A stretch of DNA of 64,000 nt from Macrostomum hystrix (GCA_950097015.1 CATNEN010000033.1:1116001-1180000), one strand, 5' to 3'. Shown: positions 44,701 through 52,390, numbered from the stretch's first letter. Made by a program: numbers and translations. The notes: generated from the sequence alone by a model not told the origin.

Positions 44701-47040
44701 GAATCCGCCCACCGGCACAGCAATCAAACTAATTGGGAAGTGCGTGATATCGGCGCACTGAATCGACTGCACGTAGCGCCACTGGTGTGGAAAATCTTTG
44801 TCGTAGCAGCTGAAGATCGGCAGGGCGGTTAATTGTACTTGATTGTATGTTTTTAATTAATAATTGATGATTGCCTGGAGATCGGCTCGTGCAACCAACC
44901 TATTTAGATGCTCCTTCTCCAGGTGTTCTTTCATGTTCTCAACCTGATCTTTGAGCATATTCTCCAAGTCGGATTTCAGCGAGGCCACATTCTCGACGCC
45001 CTTCTCGCTGCTGACGGTGGCCACGAGGAGGAGCGGCGCTTCAAACACCTGCGATTAAAGTCCAGTAACCCGTGTGCATTCTTCTCCCATTCTAATGACT
45101 TATCTTTGTTTGGCCCTTATTAGGGCCGTTTTGATTGTTACTTGTCTTCTGTGCTTCTTTAGTATGGCGGATTTTAAAATAATATACAGCTGCCCCTTAT
45201 TGGCCCGGGAAATATATGTGATCTCTTACTGTCGGGTGTCTAACTTTCTAGTTCTGATTTGAGAGTTCAAACTCTGAGTTTTCTGCTTGTGCCCAGCGAC
45301 TAAAGCTTCGGACCTGCTGGCTCCCGATTGCTTCAGTACACTTAGCTGTAGACTGGGTTCCAATATTAGCGCGGGGCTGCTTCGCCAGTCCATGGACTGC
45401 AAAGCTGTACACAGCCTTTGGAAGCATCGCGCAATAGCTGCGTTTTCAATATCACCGTTTTCACTCAGACTTTCACGAGAAAGAAAGTAATTATGAGCAG
45501 ACTTGTCACGTGACAGTTCAGATTTGATTGGACGGCCTGGCTGGCCACTCACCGCTCCCCGCACAGCGTCAATCATTCGCATTATCTCTAGCTGGGGATT
45601 TTCAGTGCGCTCCGCGTCAATCACCAGCACAAAGCCGGCGGTGTTGGACATGAACAGCGAGCTGTACACCTGCAGGGCCATTGTGTAAGAGAACCCGTTA
45701 AAAGTTTGAAGAGTTAAGCAGAGTTCAGGAAGCAATTAAAGAGCTAGTGATCGGCTCACCAAATCGGCACGCATTTCGAAAACATTCATATCCAGATTGC
45801 CGAAAATGCCTGAGAGCACCTGAAAAGACGGCTGCTGCTGCTGCGTTACCTTGGCAGCTGACTTCGATGACGGCCTTGAAGACGACGCCGAAGAGATGGC
45901 TGAAAGCGCCATAGACGCGATGCTGACTGGTACAGCGGGGTCGCAGATGACCGCCAGCTTCACAGGGAGGTTTGCCACGGTCGACACGGCACCTGACAAC
46001 ACAGGTGAATTTGGATGAAGGGGCTGGATGGAATGCCAAACAGTGGGGACTCTCGGCAGCTGTTTTCACTCTTTTTTTCGTGTATCGATCGGATGCCGGG
46101 AGTTGAAAGCCTCTGTGATTTATAATTTGTACGCAACTTGGCGATTTCGAAAGGTCAGGCTAGTGCATGAGTAATGATTATTTTCATTTCCGAGGGTTTT
46201 TTAGCTTTTAGCGAGGAGACAATTCCACTGACCAATGATCATACACAGGCACACTCACACAGGGTGTGTACATCTGCCCTGACTTTCACTTTCACTTTTC
46301 CCTGCGTTTTGAAGGCTGGCCCTCAAAGGCGTACACCACTGACACCACTGGGCTGGCGAAAGGGCCGCAGTCGGGAACTGTTTCTCACCGTCGATAAACT
46401 GGAAGGCCGGGTCGAACTGAACAGCAAAGTTCAGCTGCCTGGAGCCGCAGTGGGTCAGCTGGGTGCCCAGCATGCTGACGGACTGCAGGTCGCGGCAGTG
46501 CTTGCCCAGGTAGTGCAAGCTCCGCTCAGTCAGCTGCTCGCAGCCGTCCAGACTCAGCAGCAGGAGGCGCGGGAAGGCGCGGGCCAGGTGAGCCACGCCA
46601 TCGTCGCGAAGGTGCCGACAGCCGACGCAGGAGACTCGGGTAACTCTAGCTCGAGCCTCATCCGGCACAGCTGTCTCCAGCAGGTGGAAAACCTCGTCTG
46701 TCAGCTGCTCGACGCCATCGAACTCCAGGTGAAACTCAACGCCCTTGTCGGCAAACCAGGTTGGCAGCTTTGCCTTGTGAATGGTGATGAGAGTTTCGTT
46801 GGGTATTTCGTTGGGCACTTACATGCTGCAACGACGCATCACAAGCTTCATACTTATGCAGGGCTTCACAAAGACACACAATGAAGCCAAATGTATTTCA
46901 TATGCGTGTAATCCGTTCAAAGAACCGAATTATGACTTAAATGACGGGAAGCTTACCAGCAGCTTGCGAAGCGGAATTTGCTCCTGAACCTCCAGCTCAT
47001 TGTAGAAATTTTCAAATGTCAATCGTTTCACAGCGGACAT
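4270..47040 (-). CDS. Giant tandem Roco protein, 38 exons, ~3030 aa: LRR-pseudoRoc-MTBD-like-COR-linker-LRR/EF-Roc-COR-TIR-TIR-Cterm
   Basis: Hand-built exons (minus): 47040-46957, 46773-46389, 45992-45760, 45669-45553, 45048-44900, 44809-44689, 44121-44041, 43938-43888, 43806-43645, 41637-41554, 41463-41320, 40918-40661, 40569-40366, 39662-39227, 38508-38351, 37910-37194, 36903-36730, 36182-35963, 35797-35706, 34056-33816, 29935-29805, 29721-29656, 27690-26534, 25321-25156, 25072-24667, 19771-19665, 19581-19503, 19150-19004, 17250-16892, 16291-16144, 16043-15926, 14806-14623, 13805-13472, 9619-9362, 8563-8453, 6195-6004, 5777-5670, 5175-4270. Donor and acceptor phases match at every junction; there is one extra base within exon 23. 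Confidence 0.8.
5317..5565 (-). mobile_element. tRNA-derived SINE, family A
   Basis: Minus-strand head GGGGGTGAGTGGCAGAGCG...GCTCGATTCC; homologous to 8694-8960, 22279-22460 and 46245-46330. Confidence 0.8.
5925..6380. repeat. Two short arrays flanking Roco exon 36: 24-bp x3 (5925-5995) and 16-bp GGAACAATGGAAGATT (~6280-6375)
   Basis: Direct reading. Confidence 0.8.
6004..9619 (-). CDS. Roco exons 34-36: second TIR domain (TIR_2/SARM1-like)
   Basis: [50 protein letters not shown]. Confidence 0.9.
8694..8960 (-). mobile_element. tRNA-derived SINE, family A
   Basis: Head GGGGGTCAGTAGCAGAGCGG...GCCCGATTCC; body shared with the 5317 copy. Confidence 0.8.
10525..11853 (+). CDS. Intronless class A (rhodopsin-like) peptide-type GPCR, nested antisense in Roco intron 33 (9620-13471)
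   Basis: Seven hydrophobic segments; N-terminal sequons (NGS, NDS). [13 protein letters not shown] at the DRY position, APRLFEF after TM4, ICELP in TM6, DSFTNFIIY in TM7. FMRFamide-receptor/Srw-like by recall. Confidence 0.9.
   Translation: MLAHVAVNGSCLNDSNSSAGPAGGAANVYLYIACVLSYLNALTNGFSLVVFVLDKKNVIMGRLLLLLSLSETVLNIGFAANLTVMLSVMADAGRQTYDSTLRPQILTCTFFLSFVVANAFIMVRNWCLVMIAGSRCEVVSNPFSTRSGQLFSHRRSQVCYAVTLILSLLVCAPRLFEFTWTICEFPPAAGEDNSTGTVYSLTTATHHILDKNPSYSHYKTLLVFPLQTIAPIFLISGLSLVIIFILRRRRLLQQNSGGGAGGGGGGGNVNSGAGGGVSAGGGSGSRSQDAATKTVMILMFSFIICELPTFLFFILNQTIFASMRGFTEIRMHTTFLANIMLSADSFTNFIIYSSTSNTFRETVRRMFHLPDSRRGRSNNYNYYNNHLHNNNYTMLSRDANAMRRAEAAAAAAAAAAAAAAATAVNSDDPALVPLNWQHLSSE
13472..14806 (-). 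CDS. Roco exons 32-33: first (degenerate) TIR domain
   Basis: DVTLIFCS...[12 protein letters not shown]...[22 protein letters not shown]...KPFVL gives a TIR_2-like layout; His sits where Glu is usual. Confidence 0.7.
15315..15600. repeat. 23-bp minisatellite (GTTGAGCGCTGGTTGAACTAATG)
   Basis: Direct reading. Confidence 0.95.
15926..19771 (-). CDS. Roco exons 26-31: second COR domain
   Basis: [68 protein letters not shown]: classical COR motifs. Confidence 0.9.
16310..16630. repeat. 23-bp minisatellite (AAAATGGTAGGATATTAAAGTAC)
   Basis: Direct reading; degrades toward 16860. Confidence 0.95.
17285..17620. repeat. 24-bp minisatellite (CCAGGTGGAAAACCAGTTAAATGT)
   Basis: Direct reading. Confidence 0.95.
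18427..18998 (+). mobile_element. tRNA-derived SINE, family B, copy 1
   Basis: Head GGGGGCGAGTGGGTCAGCGG (A box) ... AGTTCGATTC (B box); (AGAT)n tail; flanking CTCACCTT duplication; near-identical to 56868-57460. Confidence 0.88.
19155..19430. repeat. Degenerate 9-bp AGTAGACAA array
   Basis: Direct reading. Confidence 0.75.
19840..21240. repeat. ~1.4-kb purine-rich satellite (GAGTGAGGGAAGGA variants)
   Basis: Direct reading. Confidence 0.97.
22279..22460 (-). mobile_element. SINE family A, 5'-truncated copy
   Basis: Shares TGACTCCT..GCACAC..CAGGCA, CTGACTTTCTCATCGTCAGGCAGTGTACAC and TAAATTGCACGACAAGCCC; head absent. Confidence 0.75.
22965..23375. repeat. TGTC-rich 18/22-bp minisatellite (TGTCTGTGCTGGGTGTC)
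   Basis: Direct reading. Confidence 0.95.
24235..24640. repeat. 20-bp minisatellite (CCGCTTACCCTGATGACACC), ~20 copies
   Basis: Direct reading. Confidence 0.97.
24667..25321 (-). CDS. Roco exons 24-25: intact Roc GTPase domain
   Basis: [15 protein letters not shown] (G1), TDGIDI (G2), WDFAGQ (G3), [19 protein letters not shown] (G4). Confidence 0.95.
25345..25765. repeat. 22-bp minisatellite (TGCACATTCTACATCAACTCGA), ~19 copies
   Basis: Direct reading. Confidence 0.97.
26280..26430. repeat. 9-10-bp GGAAACCT(G) array
   Basis: Direct reading. Confidence 0.9.
26534..27690 (-). CDS. Roco exon 23: typical bacterial/SDS22-like LRR array interrupted by a Gly-rich loop and an EF-hand; carries a +1 frameshift
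   Basis: LxxLxLxxNxIxxLP repeats ([38 protein letters not shown]). EF loop [12 protein letters not shown]. The exon is 1157 nt, one base longer than the flanking phases require. Confidence 0.85.
27725..28840. repeat. 30-bp minisatellite (CATCACCTGTCCTTCAGTGAGCCCTCCTTC), ~37 copies with higher-order variants
   Basis: Direct reading. Confidence 0.97.
29170..29520. repeat. 35-bp pyrimidine-rich minisatellite
   Basis: CCTGTCTCTAATCCCTCTCCTTCTTATCTAATCTT, period 35. Confidence 0.93.
29656..36903 (-). CDS. Roco exons 17-22: linker between the two Roco modules, including a Tudor/Agenet-like beta-barrel
   Basis: [31 protein letters not shown] in exon 36182-35963. Phase-consistent splicing from 36903 through 29656, including across the TTLL-containing intron (TGG A|gtgagt ... 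ctccag|GC). Confidence 0.65.
29955..30485. repeat. 24-bp minisatellite (CACAGAGAATTAGAGATTTTGGGT), ~22 copies
   Basis: Direct reading. Confidence 0.97.
31473..33044 (+). CDS. Tubulin-tyrosine-ligase-like ATP-grasp enzyme, most like polyglycylase TTLL10; nested antisense in Roco intron 20 (29936-33815)
   Basis: [84 protein letters not shown]. First in-frame ATG at 31473; an unrecognised 5' exon cannot be excluded. Confidence 0.85.
   Translation: MCLRWPDQQQRHHQLQPRQEKVARVDKVKSTRLDKKSSDSRVRNSNQAPAAASVTPFSVPEKLLRYFAQSQSADFLASQQLQWLPSGGFVCAYSNGGADVREFFAHLGWPHLLGVASGKMCGHAGKRNQPGICGPSNRLWHCPCVQNALSAMPDYAFFWGSLSSTAFALCMAASQQRSRPLVMNRIPWVTLISNKSQLALTCMAHKHSGSALCLQSHIPATFILDRDTDRNSLRLMARRLLEMHPVWIVKPQNFAKGEGIQLAFREDGETAMVRSLASDRWGFSKVVQCYMTEPMLLGGKKFDLRVFLLLVTTGSGLLAFYHTGYVRLALNNFTVCEKKRLDTHLTNQAVQAKQFNYEANKEDTIWTVEQMNRYLNRQSTSEFSNDWTVRQLHPTVKLLVGTLVDALVQRVQNDRRSSAAKQPKPQWERHPCRNTFSLLGLDVLIDEVGKPWLIEANADPALSRQTLALERLLPSVTSEAFGLAMEIIYRCHGADPQAPAPAAQDLAFLQNFQPLGYYQIVDN
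33440..33730 (-). mobile_element. SINE family C copy
   Basis: Homologous to 36270-36535 (CAGATGTGCAGCCGACA, CGGCTGTTCAGTCCATGGAC, AGCTG.GTGAACTGAA.CAAT); degenerate tRNA-like head near 33640-33690. Confidence 0.65.
34200..34705. mobile_element. MITE-like element, diverged copy 3
   Basis: Shares GGCATCGTCG.GATATTCA, GTCGGACGGCTTTGAAAG and TATGGTGGAATTTC..GAAA..GGTCATT...GTAGGCAG with the other copies. Confidence 0.45.
34705..35215. repeat. ~24-27-bp minisatellite GnAATAGCGTGGTCTTTTCC with variable G runs
   Basis: Direct reading. Confidence 0.95.
35267..35663 (+). mobile_element. tRNA-derived SINE, family B, diverged shorter copy 3
   Basis: Same head (GGGGGTGAGTGGGTCAGCGGCTAA) and 3' end (GTGCCCC..GCCCCCTGCAAATA); possible GAGCCAG duplication. 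Confidence 0.8.
36270..36535 (-). mobile_element. SINE family C copy with tRNA-like head
   Basis: Minus strand TAGCCTAGTGTGTAGAG...GGTTCGATTC (A/B boxes); related fragments at ~30640-30680, ~45385-45430 and ~57800-57945. Confidence 0.7.
37194..40918 (-). CDS. Roco exons 12-16: first COR domain and following Cys-rich/beta region
   Basis: [14 protein letters not shown]...[15 protein letters not shown] (COR-A signature). [15 protein letters not shown]...LWRTGMHV (COR-B). Then CxxxC, CxxC and CxxC Cys pairs. Confidence 0.75.
37920..38285. repeat. 60-bp minisatellite, ~6 copies
   Basis: CCCGATACCTCACACCCTGCCCG...CACTC(C/T)AAG recurs at the same position on successive 60-nt lines. Confidence 0.95.
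38535..39165. repeat. 9-bp GGCTGG(GGT/TTT/AGT) satellite
   Basis: Direct reading; same family as 41675-43590. Confidence 0.95.
39690..40265. repeat. 24-bp GAAAATAGGGAAATGGGG(A/G)(G/T)(A/G)TTA array followed by 9-bp GGGA(A/G)ATTG array
   Basis: Direct reading. Confidence 0.95.
41080..41275. repeat. 33-bp minisatellite (CACACCCACCTCACTCCATACTCTAACCCTCAT)
   Basis: Direct reading. Confidence 0.9.
41320..43938 (-). CDS. Roco exons 8-11: dynein heavy-chain stalk-tip / microtubule-binding-domain-like segment
   Basis: Spliced sequence [37 protein letters not shown]...[22 protein letters not shown]...[21 protein letters not shown] follows the dynein MTBD pattern ALDxLxxxDIxE(L/V)(K/R)SMxxPPxxVxxVMEAVCIL...WxxAKKLLxDxxFL...LCxWVxAMxxY (pattern recalled, not searched). 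Confidence 0.75.
41675..43590. repeat. ~1.9-kb 9-bp GGCTGGGGT satellite with higher-order GGTTTGGCTTGTTTTTGCTGGGT blocks
   Basis: Direct reading; fills Roco intron 9. Confidence 0.97.
44170..44640. repeat. Degenerate C/A-rich repeat (CACACCCACCTCACT / CTAACCCCCAA units)
   Basis: Direct reading. Confidence 0.8.
44689..45992 (-). CDS. Roco exons 3-6: degenerate first Roc (pseudo-GTPase) domain
   Basis: Roc-like order of elements: [15 protein letters not shown] (G1 position), [26 protein letters not shown] (G3/switch II), PLLLVATV (G4). Lacks GxxxxGK[ST] and DxxG. Confidence 0.65.
46245..46330 (-). mobile_element. SINE family A fragment
   Basis: CAGGCACACTCACACAGGGTGTGTACATCTGCCCTGACTTTC...GGCCCTCAAAGGCGTA. 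Confidence 0.6.
46389..47040 (-). CDS. Roco exons 1-2: start ([28 protein letters not shown]) and FBXL/AMN1-type Cys-containing LRRs
   Basis: ATG at 47040, 84-nt exon ending CTG|gtaagc. LRR units [40 protein letters not shown]. The exon 2 acceptor is uncertain. Confidence 0.7.
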
Positions 47041-49382
47041 TATGGCTGTACTTCTATTTTCATATCAGTATTGCTGTAAACTTTTTACAAAAAAACTATT
47101 GTTAGGAAATGTAATCTAAAAATACATTTCTGCAACATGGCTTTTACCTGTACATGTTTTTATAAAGTGAAACTCTTAAATAAGATTAAATGTTGCCAAC
47201 TTGCTATAAGTTAATGATGCATTGTAGAAGTAGACTATTATTTTATCAATTCTCTAAAGTTGCCAGATGTATTCAGACCAACAAAATGGATTTAATTAAT
47301 GCCTATAAAATTAGTCCCCGAAAAACAAGCAAAGATATAAGTATTAAAGAATTAATATTGGCAAGCAAAAAATTAATTTATTTATATTTTGGCTAACATT
47401 ATAAGTTCTAGGCAGGCAATTCAAATCAATGCAATTTAATTTATACTCCATTTCGCTTTTTATTACATGTCAATAAAATAGCTTTAAAAACTTGTCAGCA
47501 AAAATTACCGTGATAAAGTATATTATCTGTATATAAGACATAAGACACGATAATATATTTAAGGCATAATATTTAGATTTTAATTATCGCCAGTGTTTTA
47601 AGGCCGTAGGTAGTATTAAACAAGAATTTTCAAGAAAAGATGTCGTAAAAATTCTGATACTAAATTCCCAATGAAACTGATAGTTTATGCAGAATCATTA
47701 TGATAGAATTATAATATCATGGCCCTACCAGGCATTACACAATACACAGTAGTCAGTAGGTCGAAATAGTCTGAAAAGCAGAAATATGAATCAAGCGAGT
47801 CAAAATAAATAAAACAGCATCTTTGTGCGAAACTAAAAATGTGCTGAGAAAATCCACACTGCATTGTAAAATAAGCAAAATTAAAATTATACTTTATCGA
47901 ACCGCTATTAAAAAATATTTATTTAGTTTCTTTAGTTCTATAGGCTCACGTTTTGTTGTGTTCTTTCTATTCTGTCAGCTTTGTTTTAATTCTTAATTTT
48001 TTTGCTACGTTATCATGGGAATTTCATTTTACGGCAACTTTTTTCTGGTCAATCATATTACCTTCGTTGATGCGATATTTACCTGCATTCTGGACTGCTT
48101 TGAGCGGCCTTTTCTATTTTTGTTGTTTACATAAATAAGTAACGAATCTTATTACATATAGTTTAAGATATTATATTATAATTTAGTTTATTTAAGAGGC
48201 AAATCGCTGCTCCGATACACGTGTCTAAATGGATTCACTAAAAATAGCGGCAAATGTAATAAAAAGCGGTAGCGGTAAGAGCTAGTTAAATTGACGATCG
48301 TCGTGAACTCAAGCAAGCAACGATCTTCTGTTAGTAAATCTTTTTAGTCAGCATTTTAGAGGTTATGTACATCAAAACGCAGAAGCCATCCCTATAGTAC
48401 TCAACCTGCCATGGGAGGTGCGTGCCGCCAGCTCAAAGTGTTTTAGTGTGCGTTGCGTTCTATTTGTGTCTCTCTCTGCCTTTTCTTACCAAGGCAGAGA
48501 GAGAAGTTGTTAAAGCCCTGAAGATGACCTGTTAGGTCGAAATGCATCGGCATAACTAAATAAGCAACTACATGTTGGTGTTTACCTTCATTTATGATTA
48601 AACTTATTATTTTCTAAAAGGTAACACTGAGTATCATTATAAAGTTCTGGAGAAAAGATAAAGATAAAAGGTAACAGTTAATTTTGTTTACCGTAATGCT
48701 TATAATTATTTTATTACCGTATATTTACGAGTACCACGCCCACGCGTGCACAGTACAGCTCAGGTTGTACATGCATACCTTAACCCGAATGCAGATAGCA
48801 TACGAGTGTGCTCTCATGTGGGGTATAAAAAAGGGAATAACAAATATACGCTTACTAGTATTATACTCCATACAGTTTTTTTCGTCGACTGAACAAAATT
48901 GAACTAATGAAGGTTAGGAATGAAAGGACCGGATTTCGTGTAGACCCACTTTAGAAAGTTCATCTAAGCATGATGAAACGTTTTCTCGCAAAGCACGACA
49001 GGCACTTATATGATACGCTCGTACAACATTGACACAAAAGACACTCGTTTTTCAGCGCACTGCGGGTCGCATGCACTGACACTTTTTAACGTCTTTCTAC
49101 TGTATTTTTCTTACCTGTCTTTTCAGGTTGTGCTTCGTAGAATTCTGACTTGAGCACAAGCAGACAAATGTGCGCTCGTCGCATGTGTTTGTTTAGTGAC
49201 TCGAAGTGAAGAGTGTGTGGCCAGCGCTGCTGATAAAAACCTCTCTGGCAACGTTGTTTTAGATTTTGTGTGGTTTCGGTCAGACCTGAAGGGACATTGA
49301 ATAGTGTTCACAGCGGCACAGCAGCAAACGATTCGGTTTCCAGAGAGCCAGAAAGTTGGAAGAAACTTTCATTAGAATTATA

Positions 49383-49886
49383 ATGATCATGGCCCTACCA
49401 ATATGGCTCCATGCCTGTTCCCTGTGGTACTGCGTCAGCAACGCCATCATCGCGTACAAGTCCTGGCCCGCTCTGCCCACCTTCTTCGCCGCCTGCTACA
49501 CTGCCGGGCTTTTCGGAGGCCTTGGCGACCACCTGGAGCCCTACGTGCCAGTTGAGCACCACGCCTACACCACGCAGGTCATGGAGAATTACATCGGCCG
49601 CTTCCCCTTGCTGCTGTCCATCGTGGCCATCTTGCTGCGCTACTGCACGCTGGACAGCCTGTCCTCGGGCAGCAAGCTGCGCTCCCTGGCCATGATGGCT
49701 TTGCCGCTCACCGTGCTGCTGCTGCACAAGCCGGGGGACTACAACACGGACTTGGTGTGGCACCTGGTGCACTCAACGGTGGTGCACGGCTTTCTGCTGG
49801 CTGCCAATCTGCGCATTCTAGGCGCCATCACGCAGCACAACCAGAAGCTGGTCGCAACTGCGACCGTTGCTGACAAGGCGAAGTGA
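49383..49886 (+). CDS. Orphan small multi-pass membrane protein (~165 aa), single coding exon
   Basis: GC-rich coding-like ORF in AT-rich surroundings, with several hydrophobic segments. Acceptor-like tttcattag just before the ATG. No family recognised. Confidence 0.7.
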   Translation: MIMALPIWLHACSLWYCVSNAIIAYKSWPALPTFFAACYTAGLFGGLGDHLEPYVPVEHHAYTTQVMENYIGRFPLLLSIVAILLRYCTLDSLSSGSKLRSLAMMALPLTVLLLHKPGDYNTDLVWHLVHSTVVHGFLLAANLRILGAITQHNQKLVATATVADKAK

Positions 49887-50160
49887 AAGTGGCGTCGGCT
49901 GATGTTTTTTGGTATATTTATTTGCCCAGTTGAATCAATGAAATAAGTTTTCCAAAAAGCATTGCATCAACCAAGCATTGATCTTAATGCGTAATTTTCT
50001 CCGATACATATTTTAAATAAAATATACTGATTTATCTCAGGCATATTCAGACGAATGCCATGAAGCTTTGGCGGTATCAGTTGCACAACGCACTTTCAAA
50101 CTAGCTAAGGCCATACCAAATTGACATTTCTTGCGCTGCGATCATTACTTTTTTCGCAAA

Positions 50161-52390
50161 TTAATGTTGTTTTTGCAACACGCAGCAGCCGTCCTCTGGC
50201 AGGCGTTCCTTCGTGCCAGCCAGTCGGTCGTAGAAGGCAACCCGCCCCGGAAAAGCGCTGCTGAGGTTAAAGAGGCCCATTCGCTCGGAGACCGAAAATT
50301 CATAGCCCAGGTGCAGGAACCGGTGCACTCCCAGGCTATTAGACTCGCTGCTGACTTTATTCAATTTCCAGCCTTTCGCTGCCAGCTGCCGGCATCCGAG
50401 GCGTCGCCAACGGTCCATCTCGACCTCCTCCGGCGTGGTGGGCGTCGTCTCGTCGGTTTCTCGGTTCACTGTCTCAAAACGGATCAAGTTTCTTTAGTTA
50501 GCTAAATTGGTGCATAAATTTTCACCTTTGGCCCATTGGTATTTAGCCTTGCACTTTCAAAGTCTTCAGCGCTTTCCCTACGCTGTCTTTCTGAATCATC
50601 CTAGTTTGAGACTGAGTGAATTGGTTCTGCCCTACTCAGTCTCCATCGAGAATATACATGAGCTATACAACCTAAACTTAAGAGAAACCAATCCGTCTGC
50701 ATGTCTGCTTCCTGAGACGATGAACCCAATCAGTCTTTACCGGATGCAGCCAGTTTAGAAGACTTACACTCGCGAATGCACAACATGCGCCAGTTCTTAT
50801 TCGGGTCCATCCACGCAGAGAACATTTCGAATGGCAGCAGCGTCACGAGCGGCCGACGACCGGCCAGCGAGTACTCGATGTACTTTCGAGTGAGCAGCTG
50901 CGGACCCGTGCTGTGCACAATGGATTCTACTCCGCTCCATTCTGGCAGCGAATCCAGCATCAGGCGGAAGAACGGATGTCGCGGAGGCGCCGCCATGACT
51001 GAGTTCATGGCCAAGAACGCCCGGCCCCAAACAATGCGAGTCTGCTCCGGCCTCTCCTGGTCCAGCAGGGCAGCCGACTCACGCCAGGCTTTCGCAAGCA
51101 AAGGGGCCAATGGCCGTCGGCAGTGGACGTCCATGTCCAGATAGACACCTGCCCAGCAGTTTGTTTACAGGTGAATCTCTAAATAATGACACACTAAACT
51201 GATCTGTCTCTGGCCCAGTTTAAAGTTCTGAGGTAATCATTTGAGACAAAAATCTAGCAGCCGAAACTGCTTGAAAATAATGTGTTTCTACTGGCTCGTG
51301 CAGGAGAATAAAAGTTGACCATCTCTACGCCCAACTGCTCAAGTCTGATGACTTTCTCGATTGAAGGTACACTCAGCTCAGGCTAAAGTTGCTTACAGAT
51401 GCCCATGCCACTTACCACCGTACAGGTACAAAGCTGCGTATCTAATCAGATCTGAGCGCTGCAGTTCATTCCGGTAGCCTCGGTAGATTGGCAGGAGGTT
51501 GGGGAAATGGTCACTGAGCAGGCGCTCAGCGTCCGAGTTGCGCCACAGTACATAGGCGAAGTCCGGATTGACCGTCAAGCAGCTGTTGATGTAGGGCCTG
51601 TAGTTCTCGTAGACCATCTCGCTAGAGAAGGTCTGGTGCAGGAGTTGGGAATATTTCCCACCCGGAAGCGCATTTTGCAAACCCGTTCTGCTATCGGACC
51701 GTTGCAGAACGATGAATAGAAGGAGAATAAGCTGCGGGCAAGGAGTTTCACTGTTAGGTAATGAACCATTGAAACATGTATGCTCTGCGCGTTTTAAAAG
51801 TACATAATGAAACTTGTCTCATTCAGATCAATTCAAAATGGTCAATTGTTTGATCAATTCGATGGGACATTGTGTTCTCTCTAGTAAAGAGCTCAAGTGC
51901 TAACACTTGTGTTGGAGTAGAAACTGGAAAATGAACCATCTACATTTCCACAGAAGCTGGCTTGTCAGCCATTAGCCACGGGGTACTTCAAATCACTGCC
52001 TTCACGATAGCTTCCGAAAACGAATGACCGATTTTCGGGAAAGTCCACCATATTGATAAAAAATTCCATCCTTTAGGATTAACTAACTTTCAAAGCCGTC
52101 CGACGTCGGCATCGTCGAGACATTCAGCGATTCCTGTCGAAGACCCTGGTGACAAGGACAACTAACATTCCTCTGTATCCATACGAATGGAGCGGAAAAG
52201 TTTTGTTTGAGTTATGGACTTACATGGCGATTGGTTTCATATTTTGGGAGATACAAAAGGAAATGTGGGTATTTGAAATAGCCCCATGGCTCGCAAGACT
52301 CACGGCGAGGACAGTCAGCAAGGCAACGGACCACCTTGCTGATCGTCGAGATAGTTTGCAGAAGCTGCGATAAGTTGCCGACGCAGACAT
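50161..52390 (-). CDS. GT32-family (Gly_transf_sug, DXD) glycosyltransferase A, type II membrane, 4 exons, 363 aa
   Basis: Exons 52390-52304, 51731-51416, 51148-50768, 50468-50161, phase-consistent. The TM WSVALLTVLA|LILLLFIVL spans junction 1. Motifs LLHQ, RSDLIRYAALYLYGGVYLDMDV, NSVMAAPPRHPFF, STGPQLLT, HRFLHLGY. Confidence 0.9.
51979..52285. mobile_element. MITE-like element, copy 1
   Basis: Imperfect TIRs GGGGTACTTCAAAT / ATTTGAAATAGCCCC; inverted homologue at 54570-54908 and diverged copy at ~34200-34705. Confidence 0.6.

Noticed and set aside
45820-45849. Apparent 30-nt GT-AG intron
   Set aside because: In frame, stop-free ([10 protein letters not shown]) and very short; treated as exon, though an alternative splice cannot be excluded.
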